A stretch of DNA of 64,000 nt from Octopus sinensis. Lineage: Eukaryota. The notes under the pieces are model-generated. The model had not been told where the DNA came from. It saw only the letters and a list, made by a program, of their open reading frames with translations, and made no database searches. The stretch covers positions 93,062,001 to 93,126,000 of the forward strand of contig NC_043001.1 of NCBI RefSeq assembly GCF_006345805.1, read 5' to 3'. The stretch's first letter is position 1. Every line of letters begins with the position of its first letter. Made by a program: the position numbers and the translations under genes. Positions 26,086 to 39,200 of this stretch are shown in pieces.

Positions 26086-26596
26086 ATGTCATTTCTTTTT
26101 ATTACCATTTCGTTGTGTCTCTACTGTGTATACTACGCTACCTTCGTAATAAGAATATTAACAATGAAATTTAAAATAAGCACAAAGTATTACACTATTC
26201 AATGGAAGAATGCCGTTTATTTAGTTTGTCGCATTACTTCAGTGGTACCGATTTCATCGGCTCCGTGTGTTGTTGTTTTTTATTATTTATGACTAGGTCA
26301 GACTTTATCGAGCACACTTACTGCATCTTCCCGGGAGAGTGGCGTTTTGAATATATAGTTTAACTGAAGTACAGATCACAATCAGATGACAAGTTAACAC
26401 AGAAATATCTATCTATTTGCTCAATCTACTAGAGATAGCAATTACATCTCAATCAAATTTTACTATATTGTCTTGAAAATAAAGGATACGTTGGGTTATG
26501 GAGTCCTTGATGCGTAATATTCGAGATACAGACGATGTGGTTGTGTCCGGAATTCTTTTAATAATGATTCTGTTTCGTCGAAGCCGACATAGAATA

Positions 26597-27318
26597 AAAT
26601 AAGAACCAAAATCAAATGACGATATAGTGCAATTTTGCTAGTCGTTGAAAAATTTCAGACCATACAGAAAGAATTTTCAGAATCTGTTCCAGAAACAATT
26701 TTTTTAATGCTTCTTTTCATATATTTTGCAACTACAAAATTGCGTGCATGTACATGGTTGGATTTGAAGACATCCAACTGTGTAATTTTTGTGATTTCCC
26801 ATTATCCATCATACCAATGCTAAAAGTACATGTTTCTATTGCAATCAAGACCACAATGAATAACTGTAGCTCAAGCAATACTTGACTCTCCATCAACTAT
26901 GTTTATTAGAATTCAATGCAAAGAATGATAATTCTATTAGTAACAAAATGACGCCATTCCAAATTACGTAAAATACAAACTTAATAGCCTATACACGCTA
27001 TATTTGAATGCTAAGAGCAAAACTCTATAAATAATGGACACACCGATTCATTGGCAAATTGTATCATCCAACAGTTGGAAGCCAAATCCCACGAGTTTAT
27101 TGTCAGCTAAAGCATATAACTGTCATTAGTATATTTTGTTTTTATCATAGTTGTTGTTGTTTTGCTATAGCTGTTAGTTTTGGGCATTGGCATGTATTTC
27201 TGTTTCTGATGTTGTAACTTTTTTTTATTTGGAGTCGTAATTTTGTTGTGTTTATTGTATGAAGTTTGTTATTGATACAAAACCAGCTTGTATACATTGT
27301 CTGCATATTCTTTAATTA
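26597..27318 (-). pseudogene. Degenerate repeat unit A, copy 3, interrupted by mariner
   Basis: Minus frame 26890-26732 reads ESQVLLELQLFIVVLIAIETCTFSIGMMDNGKSQKLHSWMSSNPTMYMHAIL*. Confidence 0.5.
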
Positions 27319-27320
27319 TA

Positions 27321-27883
27321 TTGGGTTGTTCGGAAAGTTCGTGCCGATTTTTAAAGGAAAGAAAAAGGTCAATAAATACTTTGCTATTACATTTTTAATC
27401 AACCAAATATGAACCATTTTGTTACACAATACATTTCCATCTTTCCTTTAACTTGAAAATACCCTCTTCCCAGAACTGAGGTGGTTTCATGGCAAAGAAT
27501 TCATCAAAGTATCTTTTTACGTCATCCAAGGAATTGAAATTTTTACCATTAAGACTATTTTGTAGAGACCTGAATAAGTGGAAATCTGAAGGAGCAATAT
27601 CTGGTGAATATGGAGGGTGGAGTAACACATCCCAGCCGAGCTGTAGCAATTTTTGTATGGTTCCCAAAGCATCAAGTGCCGAAAATGAACTTATCTTCCG
27701 TTTTAAAGGGTTACAGAATTAACACAGGTTATAGGAACATAAACCTTCTTCCACGAAAAAGTAGCTTAAACTGTGCTCTAAATGGAGGTGTAGTCAAATC
27801 CTATTTCATGGACTCAACCATGTTCTAAAATAAGTCGAAAGGTAAGCTACTATAAATCGGCACGAACTTTCGGGACAACCCAA
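27321..27883 (-). mobile_element. Internally deleted mariner (Tc1/mariner) element, 563 bp
   Basis: 30-bp TIRs at 27321-27350 and 27854-27883 (28/30 match); TA TSDs at 27319-20 and 27884-85. Confidence 0.95.
27422..27667 (-). pseudogene. Mariner transposase C-terminal fragment
   Basis: GWDVLLHPPYSPDIAPSDFHLFRSL contains the mariner YSPDLAPxD-type motif carrying the last catalytic Asp of the D,D34D triad. Confidence 0.95.
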
Positions 27884-27911
27884 TAATTAATTTCTCTATT
27901 AATGGCTAATA

Positions 27912-28110
27912 TTCCTTTCTACTATTGGCACAAGACCTGAAATTTTTGGCGAAGAGAAGGGGGTAAATCGATTACATTGATGCCAGTGTTAAAGTGGTAC
28001 TTATTTTATACAACCCAAATAGATGAAAAGAAAAGCTGACCTCAGCAGGATTTGAACTCAAAACGTAAGGACAGATGAAATGCCACTAAACATTTTTGTC
28101 GGGCGTGCTA
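27912..28110 (-). mobile_element. SINE family A, degenerate
   Basis: TTCCTTTCTACTATTGGCACAAG...ATTTGAACTCAAAACGTAA. Confidence 0.8.
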
Positions 28111-28554
28111 TTAAAATGTACATATTACCAAACCAGCAAGGAAGCTGCTACGTGGTCACTTGAATACTAGAAATAACAGCAAATTGTCCTTCCAATCATA
28201 ACATCCTGTCTTAAAAGAGAGCAAGTATACATTGGATAATGGAGTCCGAATAAATTATCTTTGTATCATAATAACCGATATATATGATATTGGTTGGTTG
28301 GTTACATTAATGAATTCTCCGGTCACGCTTTACATCGTATAGAGAGAAGAGAGAATGAATAAAAGAAAGGTACAAAGAGAGAATAGAGATGCAGGATAAG
28401 TGCCTGGTGGGAGGTAATGAGTAAAAGAACGCTATAATCAGATACATACGCGCCTCGGCTCGGAAACAACCAAAATCTCTCTCTCTCTATATATATATAT
28501 ATATTCATGTGAGTGTGTGTATATATGTAAAGTGTGTGGTGTGTGTGAGAGGGA

Positions 28555-28624
<70 letters not shown>

Positions 28625-29327
28625 ATGCACGATTCTAGTTTGATATCCTTCCACCAATTTTGATTCTTGTAACTTTCTGAAAAATGCATATTCTGCATAG
28701 ATATGCTTTTGGTGGAGTAATTTGGAATTATGTTGATGAAATTTAAGAAAAAAAAACAAACAATTTTTGAGAGGTGTTATGGACCGTTTCTTTCCCTTGC
28801 TGCACTTTGCTACCAGAAATTTATGTAACATTAGCATTTTTTTCACTTTTCTGTCAGATGTTGAAACATCAACATTAAGTAGTCTACATTCGCGAAAACA
28901 TTTCTGCAAAATGTCATTTAAAAAGAAAAAAAAAAGCATTTTAATACGTTACATAAGGCAAGAAAATCGAGAAGACGCGAATGATCCAAAATTCCTCCCG
29001 CTAAATTATTTTAATGTTATCAATATAGCTATAATGTACACTATGGAACATGTAACTCTATAAAATTTCATAAAAAATGATATGCATTTTAAAGAAAGTT
29101 ACGAGAAAAGTGATTCGGTGCGGCGCCAAACTTCGCATATGCTATTTGTTAATATGTATGTATGTGTGTGTGTGTGTGTTTTTGCTGAACGACATGTACA
29201 ATGATTTGTTTAATGTAATCAAATGTATGTGCTCTACATTGGCTCACTTCCTGCATCAAATCAACATTTTCCGTACAGGTGCAGAATTGTGTCACACGTC
29301 AGATGTCGAAATGATCGCACAGCCACA

Positions 29328-29428
29328 TGAAATGAAGTGTTCTGTTCAAGAACGCGCCGCTCGGTTCGAGAATTGAACCTACGATCTAACGGTCGTGAGT
29401 GCAACACCCTAACCTCTAGGCCTCGCGT
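29328..29428 (-). mobile_element. SINE family D head fragment
   Basis: GAAATGAAGTGT..GTTCAAGAAC...AATTGAACC...CCCTAACC, homologous to 53110-53220. Confidence 0.6.
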
Positions 29429-29590
29429 TTTATATACATACATACATACATACATATATATGTATATATATATATATGCAATATTTGGGACTAATGTGTC
29501 AATTAGTGTGCTGATGCGTTGAGTAAAGTACTGGCAAAGTTTGGCCTACGTGGTGTCATCCGCAGTTGGGATATATTTCCGTTGGATCGT

Positions 29591-29842
29591 ACTTAAATGT
29601 GGCTAACCCTTAAGGGTGGATGCTACTGTAGCTTGTAGCCCCAGGAGGACACCGCCTCCAGCTGGCTATTGACACACTTTCTGTGCCCTATTAGTATTTG
29701 CAAAGGGAAGCCATCCTTCCCGTCTTCAACCTATGATACACATAGGGCACAGAAAGTGTGACAATAGCCAGCTGTATGAGGTGTCCTCCTGGGGCTACAA
29801 GCTACAGTAGCATCCATCCTTAGGGGTTAGCCACATTTAAGT
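29591..29842. mobile_element. Foldback/MITE with 100-bp inverted arms and a 52-bp spacer
   Basis: 29591-29690 versus the reverse complement of 29743-29842: 94/100 identical. Confidence 0.9.
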
Positions 29843-29904
29843 GACAAACGTACTTCACGATGTCGTGCAGCTATTGTTTATACCTCGCTCAGAGATTTAT
29901 TATT

Positions 29905-29954
<50 letters not shown>

Positions 29955-32900
29955 GTCAGGAATGTACAAAAATAAACTCGGAGTTTTGTAGACACTCAAG
30001 GTTTCCAGAACGCCTCTATGTGGTCCCAGTATAACAGCCGAAAATAGAAGGGATGGGAGTGAATTTTGCGCCACTTTAAGAGCAGCCGATGTATTGTTGT
30101 AGAACGTAAAAAATTTCCATTGTAGAATACTAGACAAGAGAAGCAGCAAAAAATAACACCGGTAAACATTTTATTGTTCTTTTTGAAAAAGAATAACTGT
30201 TTTAGCAATTGATTGAAAATTCTAAACAGGTGATATGCCATCTTCAAAGAAACGCATCATATTTACACTACTTGGACCTTATCATCAAATGAACCGAATG
30301 TTACTCAGGTGTTTGTGTAATTTTTTTGTGAAATAAATTGTTTCACCAAAACACAAAATGGCGGGGGAAAGCCATTGAGATTAGCACGGGCAAACGAAGG
30401 CAAAGAACAGCAAATTTGATATAAGATAAATTATAAATATTGTAGACATGCCATACTTCCAGCTATTACTCGTAGTGGTAAAAGTATTCTCTCAAAGTTC
30501 CGTTTGTATGATGAGTTACATTCTAGTGTCTGAATAGAAGACGAAACAGTTACGCGACCGGAAAGCTTTTCGTCAGATATGCTCTCACAAGCAAACCCAA
30601 GATAAACAGCAACATCAAAACACACACGTATACATACATACATGCATACATACATACGTACATACATACATACATACATACATACATACATACATACATA
30701 CACACATACATACATACAGAAAGGCAGGCAGACAAACAGACAGACAGACAGATACACACGCACACACAAGCACACAGGCACAAGCACACACACACACATA
30801 CACATTGCTTAACTCCAAGTTATTTCAGATAGAAATGACCGTGAGCTCCATGTCTTTTGGTTTAATTACAGCGTAGTGGATCTAAGACAAAATATACTTC
30901 CGCTTTCATTCATTGAAGACGGTTTTGTGTAATTTGAGGGAGATCTTATTGCTATTTCCAGCACATTCGTTGATTATATAGTGATGCCTCGCTTCTTATT
31001 GTCTAATTCCTGTGGCTAGCGACATATAAATACGAGCTAATCTCCTGGAGTTACTTCATCATCTTTTATCAATTTCCTCCAGTAAACAAATTACTTCACT
31101 TATACTTCGAACGTTTTTGATGAAGGCATGAACGTTACACAAGCTTAATTCACGTATAAATTTGCCTGGTAACCTATATAAAGGAGATTTATTTACAATA
31201 GCTTTCTTTCTGCGATTTTATCAGCTCACAAAGGAGTACAATAATACGTCTATTAAGAAAATGAAAACAATGTAATACTAAAAAATAAACTGAATATTTT
31301 AGGTTTGTATCTGTTTGACGAGGGACTTGATCTGATATCGATTGTTGAATCAGAAACAATTACATCGCCAGAGACACACGAGTTCCATTTATAAACCACA
31401 TATGACGTCATATTAACTTGAGATAACTTTCGTGATAGTATTGCATATTTCGACCCATATCTAGACGTATTCACTGATACTATTCTGCCCGATAATAGTA
31501 AATAATCAAATAAATAGGTAAACATTTGTGATAGCAACTGTAATAATTTTAGGTTAAACTTCATATCTATGACAAAAGGGCGAATCACTCGAAAACACGA
31601 ATTACAAGAGGAAGGGACTGGACTATTGGATGAAAAACTACATGGTTGGGTTTAAGGTAATTTTTCCACAACAAAAAACAGTTCAACATTTGAGCAGGCT
31701 TGTTTTTTTACACATGCATTTTTAGAACCAGCTTCCAAATGAAAAAGCTGCTAGCTGTGACCGATAAAAAAACTACCCAAGGAGTAAATGCTTTGTTTTT
31801 TATTCCTGCACCGCCACAGCATATATCTTTGCTTGAGGTACTCATAACTCTTATGTTATGATAACTCTTGAAGGTCGAGTTATATCATTTTAAGTAGATA
31901 ATACTGGAGGAAATAGATTATCGCACTAAACAGTGACTGTTCTGTAGAAGTGAAGACCTTTATTAGCTGTTAATACTGACTGTAAATCCTTATAAAGCCA
32001 TGAGAAAGCAATGAAAAATTACTCCAGTGTATTCCATCTTTAAATTACTATTCGGAGACCGTGTTTTCAGGTGATACTCAATGAAAAATAGAACTATAGG
32101 AATAACCACAGCAGCTTATATATAGTCTTTCAGCTAATGAAAACTGTGAACTTGCACCTACAAATAAATTGAACGTTACGAATCTTCGCTAGGAACATAT
32201 TAATTCAGTTAGTTGCAATGTTTTAGAGCGTAAGATTCACTTTAAACAGCAACATAAAGAAACGGCGTATCATTCACAGAATAAGCTCCATAAAGAGTTT
32301 AATTACTTTTCTTGACACAATTTATTTGAAAAACTGAATAGCTAAGCGAGGAACTACATAAATATAGAATATATAAATGCATAATTACCATGAATATGTT
32401 TTTAAATTAAATTTTATTAAACATTAAAGGTAAATTGTGTATCTGCTGTTAACTTAATTGCTTGTATTTATCTTTTCTCTATCTAACACAGCGACGCAAT
32501 TTGTTATCTCAGAAGTTTGGTTTTTACTACCGATAATTACTGAACGCCAATTATTTTATTTGTTCTATTACTTACTTATTTATTAGGAGAAATTATTTTT
32601 CAATTTAAAAGTGCATCATCAACAACAGTAGCAGATTGAATAGGTTTAGTGAAACAAGTTACAGTGTTAACGTAATGAAACATACATGTGAACAATAAAA
32701 ATAGTTATACATCGAGTATTACTATAAACTATATTACAAGCATATGCACACTTTCAGACGCAGTTATCAGATACTACAATATCTCACAGGGGAACTAATA
32801 TGTTGTCACTTGACCTGGATGAAAAAGATACCGAATGCCTGTCACTGTGCCATTTTAAAAGGAGAAAGGCATATGGGATAATGTGCTCTTTGACGCAATG

Positions 32901-33735
32901 AACATATCTGGCCTGAGCATTTTACACATAATAAGAATGGATTATCTGTTGACTAACGCTTCACTAAGGAAAAAACAACAACAAAAAAAAACAAATAAAA
33001 CAAAAAAAGCAAATAATAATGAACCCGGAATAATAAACAACCAGATTATTTTAATCAAACAGAAGCTAAATTTACGCAGAGGTTTATAATCTCATCCATC
33101 ATGTGCTTCTTGTTAGATATTAGCATAGACTACTACCTCCCAAACAAAATTTTTTTTAAAGGAAATTCCTAAAGGAGGCGATGAATTTTATATCGAAAGT
33201 ACATCATCAGTCATAATTCTGCTCACTCATGATATTAATATATTAATATTTTAATTTTGATAAAAAAATTTCTGTAAGATATTTCTAAGGAAAAAAAAAA
33301 TAGACACGATCATCTATAAACTTTCAGCACCCACGTAACACGTCCACTATGAGCTCTCAATGTTCACCAAGAGGTCGATATCTCCCAGGTTAATAATCAC
33401 TTGTCAATCTCAATTTCCTAAACTTGCAGCAATTACTGTCACAGTCGATATCTGTTTAAGCGCCTATGATTATGAGTTAACCCATAGCCAAAACCATTCT
33501 CACTTGCTCAGTCTATTTAAGTTCTAGATATAGGTATACTAAGTAGGAGGCACATCGATATGTGTATGCATGTATGTATGTATACATACACACACACACA
33601 TATATAAGTAAAAATTTAGATTCAGATGAATATGGTACTTAAGTTGAAGCACCAGAATTTAGTACGGTATTATCCATACAATTTCAAAATAAGGTGATTA
33701 AAATCAAAATAAGCAACAAGGATATCCAGAGGTAA

Positions 33736-33827
33736 TGCAGTACGATCGTTTCATGCAACTCTATTTTATTGAACAATGCAATCATTTTATTACATCAGTA
33801 TAAAATGTAGAGCAATCTTCAGCTGCA
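33736..33827 (-). ncRNA. Type I hammerhead ribozyme motif with intact core
   Basis: Minus strand TGCAG-CTGAAGA-[63 nt stem II region]-GAA-ACGATCGT-A-CTGCA. Confidence 0.65.
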
Positions 33828-34344
33828 CAAAAAGACATAGAATTTAATTAAATTAGAACAGGACACATTAGTATAATTTTACCTAAAATCTCTAAGAAGT
33901 TAAGGAGATAGACAAAGAACATGTTGTACCAACAACATCATAGTTGTAACTCTATCTCAAAAAATTCGTCGGTTTAAGAGAAGAGTAAATATGGATATGC
34001 ACCGTCGTAAAGGTATGTGATTACAGGTGGGTATTGTTATTGTTGTTGTTGATGATGCATAGCTCCAGATCAACCCTGAACGAACAGAACAATGTTTTAA
34101 AGGCAATTCAACCATCTTCATCCGATCTTTCTTTCCTGTACTTATATCCTTTAATATGTCCTTCTTTTATTTTTTCAAAAGAAATTAGTGTATTATGCGA
34201 AGGGTCATTTTGCTATTTCCAGCGGGTCAAATGAGAACTAAACACCTGTCTTGTTCGTTCATATTTTCATCTTCTCTCCTAGTATCTCTCTAGATTAGCA
34301 CTCTCTCTAGCCTTCTGTCCTCTTTTTATTGCTGTATATACATG

Positions 34345-34401
<57 letters not shown>

Positions 34402-35244
34402 ACATTTTTAATCTTCAGATTTTTAAAAATATGCTAGGCCACTGGTTTTAATTGATTAATATCAATTTCTACCCTTATTTAATTATATATATATACATAT
34501 AAAATTATATACACACATACATACACGTACGTATGTATGTTTGCGTGTGTGTGTACATATGTATATGCGTATGTATGTATGCATATGTATGTGTATTTGT
34601 ATGTATGTATGTGTGCATGTATGTATATATGTATGTATATATATATGTGTGTACGAATGTATGTATGTGTGTATGTATATGGTGTCACAGTTTTCTTTCC
34701 TAGTTATCAACTCTATTAATCAATGAAAAGGCTGTTTACTTTCTATGCTCTCCCTCTTTCTCTCTCTATCTTTCTCTATCTCTTTCTCTCTCCCTCCTAA
34801 ACGCTCTCCCACTCTGTCTGTGTTTCTGTCTGCCTGTCTGCCTGTCCGTTTCACTGTTTTCTATTCATTATGACATATTCCGTACTTGCCCACTGTTTTT
34901 TTTTCTATTACACTTCTACTCACATTCACACTTTCAATATTTCTTCTCTCCACCTTATTTCGTTTTTGTCTGATAGACACACACCATTTCAATCAGTCAG
35001 TTCTTATTGCTATCCACTACCTCACACGCTTGCGCATGCGCACACACAGAACCATGCTATATTTACACACATTCTGTTACAAACGACACTTTATTAAACT
35101 CTCAAGCACTTTAATACACGCCATCTATCTTCTCTCCCGGATGTATTTCAGTTATCTCTTTATTTTCTACTTTTCTCATTTGTCCTTCACTCTCTCTTTT
35201 CTCTTTCTCCTTCATTATCCCTCTATCTCTGTCTCTGTTTGTCC

Positions 35245-35293
<49 letters not shown>

Positions 35294-36363
35294 TTGCTCT
35301 CTATCAGTTCTTCAAACCAGGTGTTTCGACTCATTTAAAAGTGACATTAAATATTAAAAAAGACAAAATATCACTAAATGCAATTTTAAATCATGTATAC
35401 AACGCACACACATTTATACACATACACACATATTCACACACATACACTCACGTGCTCATAAACATACGTACAAACACAAAACGAAGCAACAAAAAAAAAT
35501 ACAAACTACAACGTCTCCACCTCCCATCACTTATGCACTTCTAGATTGAAATATGATAAAATTATCACTTTTTTTTCCATTCTCCCACCTCAATCTGCGC
35601 TGTAATTTCAATGCTTCTGTGATTTATAACCTGTCAGAAATAACGGCAAAAATTCTCACTGGCATTACAGCAGAGTTGTTTGTCTAGTTCCATTCTTCAT
35701 GCTCTCCAGCTTGCCATAGTTTCTGTGCTTGCTTTTAGTTTTTAAGAAAGTTCATTTATTTATTTATTTATTATTTTTACCTTTATTCTTGTCCTTTTTC
35801 TTTTTTTTTTTTTTAAACTTTTTCTGTCCTTGCGCCATCTCGAAATTATGAAATGCAATGTTGCATCAAAAAATTGCAGTTGTCATTTTGTGATGGAATC
35901 TCTATTATTCGAAACAAAAATTGCATAATATCGTCGTTGGCTCGAATTAGATAGACGCTTTTGTGAAATAAGTATGATGATGCAATTAAAAGAAAGAAAA
36001 AAATAATAAATAAAAACAAAAGCCCAAAGTCCAAAAAGCTACACCAAGCAAAATAAAAAGCTTCTTGTTTTTGGCTGCTTCCTTATTGTATTTTGTCTTA
36101 AAATACACACACACACACACACAGGCAAGCAAGCACTTCATAGTCATATGTACCAAACTTTTGCTAGTTGTTATATATACATATCGCAAAAGGATCAACG
36201 ATCCATACTGTGCCATGGGCTCATAAGACTAGTTTCTTGGATTCTGTAGCTTGTATATTCTCTGCCTGCTCCATATCTGGAAGGCAGGCCAGTCCGCCAC
36301 CGGGTTACTAATTTTTGCCAGCTGAGTAGACTGGAGAAACAAGAAATGAAGTGTTTTGCTCAA

Positions 36364-36407
36364 GAACGTAATGCAATATTGATACGAACGTAATGCAATA
36401 TTGATAC
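36364..36407. repeat. Exact 22-bp tandem duplication
   Basis: GAACGTAATGCAATATTGATAC twice, truncating a SINE D fragment. Confidence 0.95.
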
Positions 36408-38495
36408 GAATACCAAGTTATTAGAACTCATTATACAGAACTTTACAGTAAACCATCACGTCAGTGCAAAGCGTGATTATGTATATATGCATGTATGTAT
36501 GTATGTATGTATGTATGTAAGTATGTATGTATGTATGTATGTATGTATGTATGTATGCGTGTATGTATGTTTGTATGTTTATGCGTGTGTGTTGTATATA
36601 TATATATATTTATATATATATGCACACACATAACTATATGTATATATACCTATGTATGTATTGATGTTAATTAATTATTAGCTAATGAATTAATGGTTGT
36701 TAGGAATTCTACAAATATTGATTGCTTCTTTGACATCTGGCCAATTCTTCAAAAATCGAAAAAACATCGATTGACTCGACCTGGTTCAATTGACCTATCA
36801 TAAGAGGTGCTTAAACCCTGACCATCTCTCCTTTTTTTTTTTTTTGCATATCCGCGACCACATTATCCCATGGGTTCTTCCTCCATTTTTTAAAGGTGGT
36901 GATGTGTGATTTAAGGGAAAATTGACTGCTATTTCTTGTAGGCTGGCGACCACTTAGGAGGTCCTTAATTAGCTTATCACATGAATTAGCAAACAACGAT
37001 GTTTGATTCACTTAAACCCGTACCTTTGGAAGCATTTTCAAATAGTGTAAAAGTGGTCGATAAGTGAAGCTTTCAGACAAGTAATACTCCATGAGCTATT
37101 GAGTCGACAAGATAGGTACTTAACTTGCAATGGAGTCGGAGGGACCCCTTCGTTGCGTAAGAAATATCAGGTACATTTTAAACCCGGTGCACCCCTTCAT
37201 CGTTACATCTGAACACAACCGATACCTTTCGTAATGAAAGAGAAACAGAAGACCGGCTACTTCATTTATCGACCCCAAAATTTGAAAGACTGGGTAGATG
37301 GTAGTTTGTGGAAGTCATAAAAATGCTCAAGGCAAGGTAGTTTATCTAGAGGAAAATATTAAGCTCAGTAACCCAAGCTAACGAAAACTGAAAAAAACAA
37401 ACAAACAAAAAAGAAAAACAAGAAATGATAAAAGTGCCTCTATACATTTTTCTTCTATGAACAGTTCTTGTGAGTTGTTGCTCTCATTATTCTGTTTTAT
37501 TATAGAGAAATAGATTGTGGACAATTAAGAATTAAGTGTATTTCACACAGTTACAGCTCACTGCTAGTAACAACACGAAGATTTACAAATTCTTTAGTCC
37601 ATTTAGACACATAATGGACCGTTAGAGAAAGAAAAAAACGAACACAATGACAGACGTATATACACACGCAATAACAATACATACATATATACATACATAC
37701 ATACATATATACATACATACATACATACATATATACACACATATATACATGCATACATTATACGAGGTGTAAATAAAAGCAAATAATAGTTCTAAGTTGC
37801 TAAGAATAAATAAACACAATTTTTGCAATTTCAAATAAATGAGAAGGAAGCCAACGAAGAAACCCCTAAGCAGTCGATTCAGTTGGTAGAAATAGCAGCG
37901 TAATGCTTCTCAGGTGATTTACAAGTTGACTCGACGTCCTCGGAATTAGCTTCTTGAAACTTGTAGACGGGGTGAATGTCCTAGCTTCCGGACTTGCGAA
38001 TGTTGACGTACAGAGAACTACAGATTACGTAGCCGGCTGTTCTTGGGATCTAAGTTCTAACATCAAAAAAGTACTTCTAACTAAATACTAACAATAACAT
38101 TGCCTTAAAAGAAAAGACAAACAAATAACTAATGATTAAATAAGTGTATATAGCCAGGAACATTTCTCACGATATCTAGACAATTTCTTATAATTTTCTG
38201 TTTTTTTTTTAACTGATTTCATTATCTTGTTGAAAATATTTGTTGATTTTATAATCACCAAGTGTTTATCGTATATTTTCAGTTTATCACTGATTATATA
38301 TTACACATATTGATTTTCAAATTTCATCACTTTATGATTATTGAAGTGGGAATATATGTATGTATGTGCGTATGTTTGAAGGTATGTATGTATGTACGAT
38401 AGTATGTTTCAGTATGTGCATGGATATCTGTATACTTATACGTATGAGTGCGTGTATCACTCTACATATTTTCTCCCTTCATCTTTCCTTCAGTA

Positions 38496-38536
<41 letters not shown>

Positions 38537-38720
38537 CTGTGTGGTTGTATTGTCCAGCGTGTGTATTGCAGACGCAAACATTTACTGTATAAAAGACACA
38601 TAAATTACAACACACAAACTCACATGAATATATAATAGATTAAATATTTATCTGCTATAAATATACGTACACTTGCATTCTCTTCCTCTGCCTCTCTGTC
38701 AGTCTGTCTCTCTCTCTCTA

Positions 38721-38791
<71 letters not shown>

Positions 38792-38983
38792 TATATCTAT
38801 CTATCTAATCTATCTATCTACCTATTTATCTCTCTCTCTATATATATGTATTTGTATATCTTTATAGGTATATGTATACGCACACACACACATATATACA
38901 TACATACAAACATACGTACATGCATACACACACACGCATATATATATATATATTTATTCTCTCTCTGTTTATTTCCTCGTGTT

Positions 38984-39021
38984 CGTTTCTGTTGAAGAGC
39001 GTAGGCTCGAAACGTAAAAGA
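38984..39021 (+). ncRNA. Minimal hammerhead motif in a Penelope-like remnant (about 38955-39110)
   Basis: CTGTTGAAGAGCGTAGGCTCGAAACGTAAAAGACT is identical to the 20083-20117 copy; stem I is weaker; flanked by (TA)n on both sides. Confidence 0.55.
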
Positions 39022-39110
39022 CTCTCTCACCTTCTTGAGCATGAAACTAATACATCTGCCTGTTGTTTATACACCTATTTTCGTCTTTTGCATTTCTGTA
39101 AATTTCAACA

Positions 39111-39200
<90 letters not shown>

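Noticed and set aside
30354-30364. CAAAATGGCGG, a YY1-like promoter motif
   Set aside because: A single short motif with no CpG island, TSS or downstream exon evidence.
37880-38080. CpG-richer stretch with partial open frames (e.g. LDVLGISFLKLVDGVNVLASG)
   Set aside because: No consistent splice sites in frame and no recognisable family.
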